A stretch of DNA of 64,000 nt, from positions 1-64,000 of IMG/VR virus record IMGVR_UViG_3300023173_001364; one strand, 5' to 3'. A program made the translations under genes and the position numbers. Shown piece by piece: positions 9,332 through 18,138 of the stretch (the stretch's first letter is position 1; every line of letters begins with the position of its first letter). The DNA comes from an uncultured virus (IMG/VR IMGVR_UViG_3300023173_001364). Taxonomy: Duplodnaviria; Heunggongvirae; Uroviricota; Caudoviricetes. The notes below the pieces were generated by a model that made no database searches, was not told where the DNA came from, and was given only the letters and a program-made list of their open reading frames with translations.

Positions 9332-10423
9332 TTACGCCATTTCAATCAGCGTACCGTACTTGGAAATAAATCCTTTCCAGTTGTTTAGCTGATTAAACTT
9401 AATCCGGATTTTGTACTTGCCTAGTGCAACTGTACACGCCATAACAACCATTTCCGCTTCAAAGTTGTTTTGAATAAACTCTAGGAAGTTGTCAAACTTA
9501 CCATTGACATCTTTGTTGTTGTCATATGCTTCTTTAAGTTCGTAGCATAGTGCAGTAGTTAGCGAGTACTTTGCACTAATATTATCTGTTTGCAACTCCT
9601 TAACTTTACCGTCTAGGATGTCACTTGGGTTAGGTAACTGACTTGCAACTTGACGGTGTGTTTTAAACTTAAGAGCAGTACCTTCGCCGATACCTGCAGC
9701 AACCATATCGGTTACTTCTTCCTCTGTAAACCCGTCTGTGTTTTGAATTGTATCGGATACAAACTCCCATGAACGAGGTGTAGCAAACGAACGATCTGAA
9801 CTTGTAGCGTCAAACTTGTACAAGTCCTCTTTGAACGTAGTTAGGTAACCAATTACATCTGGATGCTGATTGTGCAATACTGCCCAGTCAAACCAGTCCT
9901 CAAAGTCTACACGTACTTCGTAGTGTAGGAAGCGGTTTGCTAACGGCTTAGGCATACGATATGTAACACCTTTGTCTGTCTCACGGTTACCGGCTGCAGC
10001 GATAACAACGTTATCGGGCAAACGATATTTGCCAATTGCACGGTTAAGGATTAGCTGATATGCTGCAGCCTGTGTTGCAGGCGCTGCACCGTTAAGTTCA
10101 TCTAGGAACAAAATAATGATATCGTATTCTGCAGCTTCTTCTTCGGAGGGAAGTTCGTCCGGAGCACTAAAGCTCATACGGTTTGTTTCCTGATTGTAGT
10201 AAGGATAACCTTTAAGGTCGGTTGGCTCCCAAAGAGACAGTCGGCAGTCGATTAGTAAGCAAGACTTGCCTTCTGCTTCGTATGATTCTTTGATACCCTT
10301 AAATGTATCTGACTTGCCGATGCCGGGAGGACCCCAAACCATAATTGGACGCTTGGTAGCAAAGTGATGCTTTGCATACTTTGTTAGCTCGGAAAGTTTA
10401 ATTGTACGTGTTTGTAAATCCAT
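9332..10423 (-). CDS. MoxR-like AAA+ ATPase
   Basis: GPPGIGKS Walker A, LFLDE Walker B, AAGN, LANRF, TPRSW; partner VWA gene nearby. Confidence 0.9.
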   Translation of the reverse strand: MDLQTRTIKLSELTKYAKHHFATKRPIMVWGPPGIGKSDTFKGIKESYEAEGKSCLLIDCRLSLWEPTDLKGYPYYNQETNRMSFSAPDELPSEEEAAEYDIIILFLDELNGAAPATQAAAYQLILNRAIGKYRLPDNVVIAAAGNRETDKGVTYRMPKPLANRFLHYEVRVDFEDWFDWAVLHNQHPDVIGYLTTFKEDLYKFDATSSDRSFATPRSWEFVSDTIQNTDGFTEEEVTDMVAAGIGEGTALKFKTHRQVASQLPNPSDILDGKVKELQTDNISAKYSLTTALCYELKEAYDNNKDVNGKFDNFLEFIQNNFEAEMVVMACTVALGKYKIRIKFNQLNNWKGFISKYGTLIEMA

Positions 10424-10457
10424 GTTTAATACTCCTGGGTTGGTGTTTTACATGTAT

Positions 10458-10486
10458 AGCTTATTATATGTTAAAGACAGTGTCAA
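10458..10486 (-). promoter_or_regulatory. sigma70-type promoter for the AAA gene
   Basis: TTGACA-17nt-TAAGCT. Confidence 0.55.
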
Positions 10487-10495
10487 CTACTTTTT

Positions 10496-10735
10496 TTACT
10501 TTTCTGCAAAAAGAGGTGCCATTTTTTCGAATACAATGTTAAAAGCACTACACTCATAACACCACATGCTATAGAAATCGTCGTCGTCTGCATCTTCGGT
10601 AACACAATGCTCGTCCCATTTTTTGTTCATGTACTCAAGTCCAGAAAGCAAGCCGCCTTCTGTTAAACGAGAAAGTGTTGACTTTGCTTCGTCGAACGTC
10701 ATCTCTACAACATGAAAATCTGGAATTCTAAACAT
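10496..10735 (-). CDS. Small early phage protein
   Basis: AAGGAG RBS and its own strong promoter. Confidence 0.7.
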   Translation of the reverse strand: MFRIPDFHVVEMTFDEAKSTLSRLTEGGLLSGLEYMNKKWDEHCVTEDADDDDFYSMWCYECSAFNIVFEKMAPLFAEK

Positions 10736-10761
10736 CGTGTTCTCCTTCTTGTTACATATAT

Positions 10762-10790
10762 AATATAGTGTAAGATGTCTTGGATGTCAA
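10762..10790 (-). promoter_or_regulatory. Early sigma70-type promoter with CCAAGACATC spacer
   Basis: TTGACA-TCCAAGACATCTTACAC-TATATT; 32 bp (10759-10790) identical to 60646-60677. Confidence 0.85.
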
Positions 10791-10849
10791 TACCTAAATG
10801 CATCTTTTTTAAAAAAAATCATAATAAATATAAAAAAGAGGATCGCAGT

Positions 10850-12118
10850 ATGGCATTGCAAAGTAGCGGATCAATAAGTCTTGCTAATATTCAAAATGAA
10901 TTTGGAGATTCTAGTCCAACTAGTATATCCGAATATTACAAAGGCGGATCTAACGTATCTAGTTTAGCAACTGATCCTAATACTATTCCTTCGTCTGGCA
11001 CAATAAGTTTTTCAGATTTTTATGGTGCTGAAGAATATGTACCACCTGCTGTTATTAATTCGTTTACTGCTTCACCTTCTAGTATTATCGAAGGTGATTC
11101 CTCTACACTATCGTGGTCAATTAGTAATGCAACAAGTGCTTTTATTAGTAACGTTGGATCGGTAAATTCATCAAGCGGTAGTACATCGGTAAGTCCTACT
11201 AGTAGCACATCGTATACGTTGTCAGCATCAAGTTCAGGCGGCTCCGATAATGCAACTGTATCTATATCTGTAGCTCCGCCTCCCCAAACTATTTCAGTGA
11301 CTGGTAATCAGTCTGGCGGTACGTCGACAAGTTCACTTGGTCTATCAAGCGGTGATACATTAATTATTAATAGTGGTGTTTGGATATATTCTGATAGCAC
11401 TAGTACTGCAGCTTTAACTGTTAATACATCAAATTTAACTATTATCAATAACGGTAATATTATTGGTAAAGGCGGTGACGGCGGCTCTCCTGGCAGTCCT
11501 GGCGGTGCAGGCGGCCCTGCTATTAGTGTGTCTGCATCTGGTGTATCTATTACTAATAATTCTTTCATCGCTGGAGGCGGTGGCGGAGGTGGCGGTGGCA
11601 AAAAATGGCCAAGTCCAGGAGCCGGCGGTGGCGGAGGCGGCGGCGCAGGCGGCGGTAATGGCGGCAGTTCTGCAAATGGAACCGCAGGCGGCACAGGCGG
11701 TGGTATAAATCAATCAGGTGGAAACGGTACACTTGGCCCAGGTAATCCAGCTTGGAACGATCCAGATGGTGGCCAAGGCGGCGGAGCCGGAGGTGGCGGT
11801 GGCCAAGGTTGGGGTTCTGATCAGTCTGGTTCCGGCGGCGGCGGAGGACGTATACTTCCTGGCACTGGTGGTGCACCTGGTTTGCGAGATGTTGGTACCG
11901 CTGGCGGTGGTGCAGGCGGATCAGGCGGTTCTGTGGGCGGCGAAGGTGTGCTTGATATTCACCATAGTAGTATATCAGGCGGCGGTGGAGGCGGAGGCGG
12001 CTGGGGTGCTGCTGGAGGCGGCGCAGATGGGGGTTCAACTGGCGGTGCTGGTGGTGCTGCTATAACTGGCTCATCTGTTTCATTAACAAATAACGGTACA
12101 ATTTACGGATCAACATAA
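10850..12118 (+). CDS. Glycine-rich tail fibre/adhesin-like virion protein
   Basis: N-terminal MALQSSGSISL..I..EFG fibre-docking type motif, Ig-like Ser/Thr segment, GGxGG polyglycine repeats; ATAAATA at 10824-10830; GAGG RBS. Confidence 0.8.
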   Translation: MALQSSGSISLANIQNEFGDSSPTSISEYYKGGSNVSSLATDPNTIPSSGTISFSDFYGAEEYVPPAVINSFTASPSSIIEGDSSTLSWSISNATSAFISNVGSVNSSSGSTSVSPTSSTSYTLSASSSGGSDNATVSISVAPPPQTISVTGNQSGGTSTSSLGLSSGDTLIINSGVWIYSDSTSTAALTVNTSNLTIINNGNIIGKGGDGGSPGSPGGAGGPAISVSASGVSITNNSFIAGGGGGGGGGKKWPSPGAGGGGGGGAGGGNGGSSANGTAGGTGGGINQSGGNGTLGPGNPAWNDPDGGQGGGAGGGGGQGWGSDQSGSGGGGGRILPGTGGAPGLRDVGTAGGGAGGSGGSVGGEGVLDIHHSSISGGGGGGGGWGAAGGGADGGSTGGAGGAAITGSSVSLTNNGTIYGST

Positions 12119-12227
12119 TTTAACCTTTTCAAGATATCTTACCCTGCGTTAATTTAACGCAGATTTAGATAAGTACTATTACGGGTAAAATAAAATCCGT
12201 AGCCAACAAAAGGAAGGGAGATATATC

Positions 12228-12458
12228 ATGGATATGTTGAACAAAGTAAAAGCATGGGCAGCAGGACTTGCAGATGTAGGTCTTTCAATTGCAGCACTTA
12301 TGATCGTAGTAGAAGTACTAGGCATGGGCGCAATTCCATTCTTTCCAGAGACTAGTGTAGTTGCTAACGTAGCAGGTATGCTGTCAACACTTGGCGCAGA
12401 AGGCCTAATGGGCTTGATTGCGATCTGGGTACTTTGGGGTATCTGGAACCGTAAGTAA
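12228..12458 (+). CDS. Small two-TM membrane protein
   Basis: Two hydrophobic segments; strong GGAAGGGAG RBS. Confidence 0.7.
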   Translation: MDMLNKVKAWAAGLADVGLSIAALMIVVEVLGMGAIPFFPETSVVANVAGMLSTLGAEGLMGLIAIWVLWGIWNRK

Positions 12459-12494
12459 CGGCCTTGAAGGCTGAAAGATCATAACAATGAAAAT

Positions 12495-12863
12495 TCAGCC
12501 TCCCTCTTCTTTCATATTTTCTTCCATATGTTCAACCCATGCAGTTAAGTCATGTCCGTACAATTTGTATAACATACGATCTTCACTTCCATACAATACT
12601 AACTCACGTCTACTAATGTAATAAGGATATTTGTTGTATCTATCCAACAATATACGCAGATGTGCATTGAACTTAGGCTCTACATTAAGCATAAAGTGTT
12701 CACTTTCAAAGCCCATGTCATTCAAAACAGCGACCCCAAACTTTGTTAAGTTGAGGCCTTTGCCATTTCTATAATTTTTAAAGATATTTCTCAGAGACAT
12801 TCGGTCACCGTATTCCATTGTTTTAGCATGTGCTAATACACTGTTATAAAAGTCCGGTGTCAT
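12495..12863 (-). CDS. Hypothetical phage protein
   Basis: ORF coupled to upstream gene. Confidence 0.65.
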   Translation of the reverse strand: MTPDFYNSVLAHAKTMEYGDRMSLRNIFKNYRNGKGLNLTKFGVAVLNDMGFESEHFMLNVEPKFNAHLRILLDRYNKYPYYISRRELVLYGSEDRMLYKLYGHDLTAWVEHMEENMKEEGG

Positions 12864-13149
12864 CTTCTTTTATTACCTCACCTTGTGTGAGTTTAATTAC
12901 TTCAAACTTATCAGTTTTATATAATTTGTTTAATCGTTCTGCTAAGTTAAATGCATGTCCGCTATTACTAAACGATACTTTTTTATACTTAGGGCCTGGA
13001 TAATTTGATAAACTATTTAAACTACGTAAGTTAATAGGTTTACCGTCGTGAAATACTGCATATATTGCATCTGCATCTAATAACTGTTCACTACGGAATG
13101 TCTTGGGGTCTGTCCACTCCATTAAAATTTTTGGTTTAGGTCTAGCCAT
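12844..13149 (-). CDS. Conserved hypothetical jumbo-phage protein
   Basis: MARPKP...GPKYKKVSFSNSGHA; late motif upstream. Confidence 0.7.
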   Translation of the reverse strand: MARPKPKILMEWTDPKTFRSEQLLDADAIYAVFHDGKPINLRSLNSLSNYPGPKYKKVSFSNSGHAFNLAERLNKLYKTDKFEVIKLTQGEVIKEDDTGLL

Positions 13150-13158
13150 TTTCACTCT

Positions 13159-13198
13159 TTCTATACTGCTTTAATATATTTATTAAAGTAGTACAGAA
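13159..13198 (-). promoter_or_regulatory. Late promoter motif (ATAAATA 13177-13183) inside a long hairpin
   Basis: 18-bp imperfect inverted repeat TTCTGTACTACTTTAATA/TATTAAAGCAGTATAGAA. Confidence 0.55.
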
Positions 13199-13459
13199 TT
13201 AAGTCGCTTTACCTTGTTTTACTGGTGCATTTGGATGCTTTTCAAGTATTTCTTTTATTGTATCTTCTTGTAGACAGTTTACACCCGCTATTGGCATCAC
13301 TTCGCCATATTCTCTCATAAGTTGGCGTATATAACCTTGTTGATCTTCTGTGCTTCTAACACTATCTACACATTGCTGTCTTGTTTCAAATGTTGGATCT
13401 GTGAAAATATACACATCTCCTGTGACTGTGGCAAATATTACCACGATTAACCAATTCAT
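13199..13459 (-). CDS. Small secreted/membrane-anchored protein with 2 Cys
   Basis: Hydrophobic N-terminus, Cys pair. Confidence 0.65.
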   Translation of the reverse strand: MNWLIVVIFATVTGDVYIFTDPTFETRQQCVDSVRSTEDQQGYIRQLMREYGEVMPIAGVNCLQEDTIKEILEKHPNAPVKQGKAT

Positions 13460-13800
13460 CCTTTTTCTCCCTTGGGTTTTGTTATACTAAAAGGAGAAAA
13501 ATCAGTACCTGCGTTTTGTATACAAATTGTACCGTCTGGGTATAGATTTGCTAATGTCCATGTGCCACTATCTTGATTTACAAAAAACATCATTCCGCCT
13601 GGGAATGATCTGCCATCTTGACTAAACGTCATACTAGTTCCGGTAAACAGTGCTTCTTCGTTCCATCTGGTCATTACCATTGACATAAATTTTTCACTTG
13701 GCCAACACTCGGCTCTAGTAAAAAAATATGTTCTATCAGTCTCTTGTGCAAACACACTAGTAGAAAGTAATACAACAAAACTAGTTATTAGATATTTCAT
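13456..13800 (-). CDS. Secreted hypothetical protein
   Basis: Signal peptide ending VFA; Cys pair. Confidence 0.7.
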   Translation of the reverse strand: MKYLITSFVVLLSTSVFAQETDRTYFFTRAECWPSEKFMSMVMTRWNEEALFTGTSMTFSQDGRSFPGGMMFFVNQDSGTWTLANLYPDGTICIQNAGTDFSPFSITKPKGEKG

Positions 13801-14245
13801 TTTCTTGCCCTTTACGCTTCATAGCCAAATTCATATCCGACTCGTTCTTAAACGGTCCGGAATATGTATACTTTTGTAGCGTATCTGCTCTAGGACAAAA
13901 ACTTGGTCTCCAACCCATCGGAAATAGCAAACAATAGTAGCCGGCCGCAAAATATACGCTAGAACTGGCTGTTTTCTTATAGATAGGCACATTATCTAGT
14001 AGGTCGATATCGTGCGCTTGCTCAGTGTTAGCGGGATAGCCGTAAACAGTTTCGTTTATAAAAGTCTTTGACTTTTTAGTTTCGATTTTAAAATCGTCTA
14101 AATTCTCATATGTTGTTTCTGAGTTATTATAGCTATTATATAATATATATTTATCGTTTACAGCTTTAAGTGTACCAATCTTGCTACCGTTGGCTTCAAC
14201 TATCCAAAACTTATCTTCTAATACTGGTTTTGCTTTATATTTCAT
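13781..14245 (-). CDS. Conserved hypothetical jumbo-phage protein
   Basis: AKPV...FWIV...AAGYY...FCP...GPFK. Confidence 0.7.
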   Translation of the reverse strand: MKYKAKPVLEDKFWIVEANGSKIGTLKAVNDKYILYNSYNNSETTYENLDDFKIETKKSKTFINETVYGYPANTEQAHDIDLLDNVPIYKKTASSSVYFAAGYYCLLFPMGWRPSFCPRADTLQKYTYSGPFKNESDMNLAMKRKGQENEISNN

Positions 14246-14483
14246 GTAACCACATAAGTTTATAGGTTATGTGCTGTTCTCTTGTAAAGTCTGCTATTAT
14301 AGTAACTGCCAATGAACCATCTGCCCAACTATCATTAACTTCAGTTGTTAATGCTTTACAATTTTCACTAACCCACTTTCCTTTGCCTGATTTAATCCAA
14401 GTGTCAACTACGTCTTCTACTTCAAAGTTTGTCGTTAATATGCCATGCGGTATTGTTGCACGGCATACTTTAATAAGCGGCAT
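14235..14483 (-). CDS. Hypothetical phage protein
   Basis: Overlaps both neighbours. Confidence 0.6.
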   Translation of the reverse strand: MPLIKVCRATIPHGILTTNFEVEDVVDTWIKSGKGKWVSENCKALTTEVNDSWADGSLAVTIIADFTREQHITYKLMWLHEI

Positions 14484-15450
14484 TCAAATACTCTGCATGA
14501 GCTTCTGCTTGTGCACTTACACGTTGTAAATCGTGTTTACCACAAAACTTCATAAAATGAATACCAACGCCGCTTACAGGAACTCGCTGTACTTGATTAA
14601 CAATAGTTTCATCTAGTACTGTTTTAATCTCTGCAGGTTGTGCTGTAAGATCGATTAGTTCACGATTACGTTGATAATCATCTAGTACACGGTGCTCAAC
14701 ACCTTCGTGATCTACCCATTTTTGCAACATAAAGTTATTCCAATTAAAGCCTTTATCATTTTTGTCTTCAAATGCTTCTAGTAGTCCAACTTTATTTTTA
14801 GTACCTTTCTTACGTGCACCAGGATATGCACTAAAGATATTATCACTTGTATCGCCACGTATACACTTTTCAAATAGTAACCATTCAGGATCGCCTACAA
14901 CTTTGTGTTCTTTAGTTTTCTTATCTACAACAGGCTTGCCTTTATCATCGTATACACCATCTAAACGAATATGTTGATTAGTAATACCGTTATACTGACT
15001 TACATTGTTAGCAAGCAACTGATAAAAGTCACTGTCGCTACTGATAATAACGTGTTCATCATTAGGATGATTCTGAATAAAACGTGCAATAAAGTCGTCT
15101 GCTTCACACACAGGATGTTGAAGTACAGTACAGTTAGTACGCTTTTCCATAAACGATTTTAGTTCATCAAATGCTTCAAAGTACTTTTGATCTTCTTCTT
15201 GTTCACGTGGACTTAGTGCGTCACGTGCTTCTTTACGATTACGCTTGTAAGGCTCGTAGTGATCTTTACGCCAGCTACGTCCTTCAAAACAAAACACAAC
15301 ATGACTGCCGTTAAAGTCTCTCCATGCTTTATTAATAGCACTAAACATAATATGATATGCCATACCGATTTTAGTTTCAATGTCATCGCCTCGTACTACG
15401 TGACGTGCACGATAAAACATATTAAGACTATCTACTAAGATATAAGTCAT
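14470..15450 (-). CDS. rnh: 5'-3' exonuclease / T4 RNase H-like flap endonuclease
   Basis: LVDSLN, YKRNR, EADD, SSDSDF.QL, GDTSDNI motifs. Confidence 0.92.
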   Translation of the reverse strand: MTYILVDSLNMFYRARHVVRGDDIETKIGMAYHIMFSAINKAWRDFNGSHVVFCFEGRSWRKDHYEPYKRNRKEARDALSPREQEEDQKYFEAFDELKSFMEKRTNCTVLQHPVCEADDFIARFIQNHPNDEHVIISSDSDFYQLLANNVSQYNGITNQHIRLDGVYDDKGKPVVDKKTKEHKVVGDPEWLLFEKCIRGDTSDNIFSAYPGARKKGTKNKVGLLEAFEDKNDKGFNWNNFMLQKWVDHEGVEHRVLDDYQRNRELIDLTAQPAEIKTVLDETIVNQVQRVPVSGVGIHFMKFCGKHDLQRVSAQAEAHAEYLNAAY

Positions 15451-15674
15451 TTGTCATCCTTGAGTAATTTTGTTTCCATGTTCTCTTTTACATCTAGTAT
15501 ACTATCTGATTTAATCATGTCAATGATTATATTGTTGACATCAATATCACGTTGAAGCCAATACATTTTTTCTTTGAGTTTTTCTAATTCTGCTTGATAG
15601 AACTCTAGCTCTTTTTCTTTACGAACTTTTTGTTCTATAATGTCTGACAGTAATATTAACTTAGGTTGTTCCAT
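15447..15674 (-). CDS. Hypothetical coiled-coil protein
   Basis: ORF coupled to rnh. Confidence 0.6.
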   Translation of the reverse strand: MEQPKLILLSDIIEQKVRKEKELEFYQAELEKLKEKMYWLQRDIDVNNIIIDMIKSDSILDVKENMETKLLKDDK

Positions 15675-15774
15675 TTGCTATTTCCATCTGTTGCTAGTTG
15701 CATCAATTTTGCTGGTAAACTACATATCCAAATGTATGGCACCCAAAATAAAATATTATAAATTATAATTTCTG

Positions 15775-15969
15775 TCATTCTTTCATCTGCCTTTTCTTAT
15801 GGACCATTTCCCAATACTGATCATTGTCCATTGGTTCTCTTTTTGCATCTTCTGCTTCTTTGCGTTTACGTTCTTTCATTGCTTGTCTAATTCCCCACCA
15901 GAACCATATTTTCCAAAATATTGGTGCAAGTGTATCACTGTGTAGAATGTAGTTACGTATTTTATCCAT
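15775..15969 (-). CDS. Hypothetical protein
   Basis: Short ORF in operon. Confidence 0.5.
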   Translation of the reverse strand: MDKIRNYILHSDTLAPIFWKIWFWWGIRQAMKERKRKEAEDAKREPMDNDQYWEMVHKKRQMKE

Positions 15970-15977
15970 ATTCTATA

Positions 15978-16556
15978 TTATCTCACTGGCCAACCATTAA
16001 ACCATGTAATTAATGCATAGCGAGTGCCTTTAGTAACAGGATGCACTTTGTGTAGATACCAACTTGGAAAAAATATTACAGTTCCTTTTGTTGGCTTTAT
16101 GAGCCCTCTCTCAGCAGGAACAGTGCTCGGATGAAATTCAAATTCTCCACCTTCAAAATCTTCATTGAGCCATGCAACAAATGAAATTTTTCTAGTTTTT
16201 CCGTGTAAAAATTCATTTCCGGGATAGTTCAAAGGCTGAACACCATTTCCATCCATATGGAATTTATAATGGCCACCATCTTCGTATTTGCCAAGAGTAA
16301 ATGATTCTGCAGCCGATATTTCAAAATTCCATCCTGCATTTTGATTTGCCATTTCCATCAATGACCAAAATGTATCGTATAGCCATTGCTCGTTACTCCA
16401 TGCCAACTCTGTCTTTCTAATTTCATGATTTGACTCTACTGCAACTGCAGCATCTAGCCATTCAGCATTATCTCCTATACCCATAATACGTTCGATTGTA
16501 TTGTCATCTAGTATGTTTGGGTATATCCAATAATCGGCTCTTCTTAAATCTTCCAT
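15978..16556 (-). CDS. 2OG-Fe(II) oxygenase (prolyl-4-hydroxylase-like)
   Basis: Y.FHMD, RKISF, FEGGEF, FPS..LHKVHPVTKGTRYAL..W. Confidence 0.92.
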   Translation of the reverse strand: MEDLRRADYWIYPNILDDNTIERIMGIGDNAEWLDAAVAVESNHEIRKTELAWSNEQWLYDTFWSLMEMANQNAGWNFEISAAESFTLGKYEDGGHYKFHMDGNGVQPLNYPGNEFLHGKTRKISFVAWLNEDFEGGEFEFHPSTVPAERGLIKPTKGTVIFFPSWYLHKVHPVTKGTRYALITWFNGWPVR

Positions 16557-16567
16557 TTTTTTATCCT

Positions 16568-16834
16568 TTAAAACGGTAAATCAATTTCTGCATTTACCAC
16601 GTTGTCCCATCTAAAACTACGCCATCCTTTTGCGTTGACATCCCATACAACACAAACATCTTCATTTATAGCACGAACCTTTTTTTGTGTCAATGGATCC
16701 TCTTTAGTTGCTTTTGGTACAACACTTTCATTAAGAGTACAAATCATTTTGCGATAGTCGCCGTTTACTTTTGTAAACTCTACAATAACATCGCCGTTGC
16801 GAAGTGCATTTAAAATTTCATTACGGTCTTTCAT
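16568..16834 (-). CDS. SH3/WYL-like beta-barrel phage protein
   Basis: FTKVNGDYRKM.CT...VWDV...GWRSFR. Confidence 0.75.
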   Translation of the reverse strand: MKDRNEILNALRNGDVIVEFTKVNGDYRKMICTLNESVVPKATKEDPLTQKKVRAINEDVCVVWDVNAKGWRSFRWDNVVNAEIDLPF

Positions 16835-17061
16835 TGGTCTGCATACTCTCCCATTGCTATCTTAAATTGTAATGCTTCGCCACTACATTCAAAGTGAAAC
16901 GTATGTTCGTATTGTCCGGTCCAAGTTGTTACACTCCACTGGTGTTGTTTTAATCTTTTCCTACAATAAACTTTTCCACGATCAACTACATCGCTATGCA
17001 GTCGTACAGTATAACCAGGCTTCCAACGTTGCTTGTATTCAAATATTTCTGCTGGTGTCAT
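16831..17061 (-). CDS. Hypothetical phage protein
   Basis: ORF coupled to neighbours. Confidence 0.6.
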   Translation of the reverse strand: MTPAEIFEYKQRWKPGYTVRLHSDVVDRGKVYCRKRLKQHQWSVTTWTGQYEHTFHFECSGEALQFKIAMGEYADQ

Positions 17062-17213
17062 TTTACGTGCTTTATGTTTGAAGTTGCTTTTTGACTACCA
17101 CAAGTTTTACAATATGAAATAGTAATTCTATATTCATGTCCTTCTGGTGTAGTTGCTTCTGTTAAAAAATATGCAGGACGAGGATCACCGCAGCATCCAC
17201 TAATCGTTGTCAA
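17058..17213 (-). CDS. Unannotated 51-aa zinc-ribbon-like protein
   Basis: TTG start after GGAGGT; MTTISGCCGDP...YCKTCGSQ; fills the gap and overlaps both neighbours. Confidence 0.6.
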   Translation of the reverse strand: MTTISGCCGDPRPAYFLTEATTPEGHEYRITISYCKTCGSQKATSNIKHVK

Positions 17214-17688
17214 ACCATACCTCCAGTCTGCCTTTGTGAACTGTTAATCTTACTAAACGATCTACGCTTACTAATGGTCGTCTTGTATAATCACGACCGC
17301 CATCAATCCAAACAGACTCGTCATCACTAACTCGATAATCATATCTGCTTCTACTAAAGATAATATCTCCATTGTCTGCAATGATACCTGCAAATTCCTG
17401 ATCCTCTATAAAACTTCCATCTGTTACTAATAATTGTTGTGTTTCATAATCCAAGTACATAGCAAAATATCTACTATTACTGTCGGGATGTGGTTTAGAA
17501 CTATAAAATACTGCACACGAATGATTATCGAATTCGCTATCAACTACATACTGTGCATCGTAGTGCTTGCAAATTTTTTCTAGATGTTCATAGCAGAACA
17601 ATGTTGGATCGTTACATAGTCTCATAGCAGTCCAGTCTGGTGCTCCTAATTTTTGTATAGTGTACACATTTGGATTATATGTCGTCAT
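17200..17688 (-). CDS. Hypothetical phage protein
   Basis: SRSRYDY...IDGGRDY motif. Confidence 0.65.
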   Translation of the reverse strand: MTTYNPNVYTIQKLGAPDWTAMRLCNDPTLFCYEHLEKICKHYDAQYVVDSEFDNHSCAVFYSSKPHPDSNSRYFAMYLDYETQQLLVTDGSFIEDQEFAGIIADNGDIIFSRSRYDYRVSDDESVWIDGGRDYTRRPLVSVDRLVRLTVHKGRLEVWFDND

Positions 17689-17968
17689 CGCCTTGTGCTT
17701 CAAGTGCTACACTGCGACATAAGTCGTTAAACCATAAGTCTACAATTGCTTCTGGTGTTTCACCTGCATAGCCTGCTTCACCTAATAGTCCAACAAAGTC
17801 GTCGTTCCAATCTAATTCAAAGTATCCACGTTGTGGGTTGTCTTTGTCAAAATGTACTTCAATTACTTTGACCCATGGACCTAGTGCATTTTCTTTTGTT
17901 TCTTCTTCTTTAGCATACACATCTTTTCCTGTATGCTTAAAGATAAGTCGTCTAAACCATTCGCTCAT
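17675..17968 (-). CDS. Conserved hypothetical jumbo-phage protein
   Basis: PWV.V...GYFELDWN. Confidence 0.65.
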   Translation of the reverse strand: MSEWFRRLIFKHTGKDVYAKEEETKENALGPWVKVIEVHFDKDNPQRGYFELDWNDDFVGLLGEAGYAGETPEAIVDLWFNDLCRSVALEAQGDDDI

Positions 17969-18138
17969 TAGTACTCTACCGTTTGTACAACATTTTTTAA
18001 TGTGTATTCTTCATCTCGTCTGTTGCGTCCTAAATCATAACTAACATTGGATCGTTGCAATAGTTTATCTAATCTATTTAAGCGATCGATTGTTTCTTTA
18101 AGTTCTTCAACTAATTTTTCTGTACGTGGTTCTTTCAT
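17968..18138 (-). CDS. Hypothetical small protein
   Basis: TAATG coupling to metK stop. Confidence 0.55.
   Translation of the reverse strand: MKEPRTEKLVEELKETIDRLNRLDKLLQRSNVSYDLGRNRRDEEYTLKNVVQTVEY

Noticed and set aside
11020..12065. Poly-Pro, Arg-rich and Ala-rich ORFs overlapping the fibre gene
   Set aside because: Alternative-frame shadows of GGC/GGT glycine codon runs
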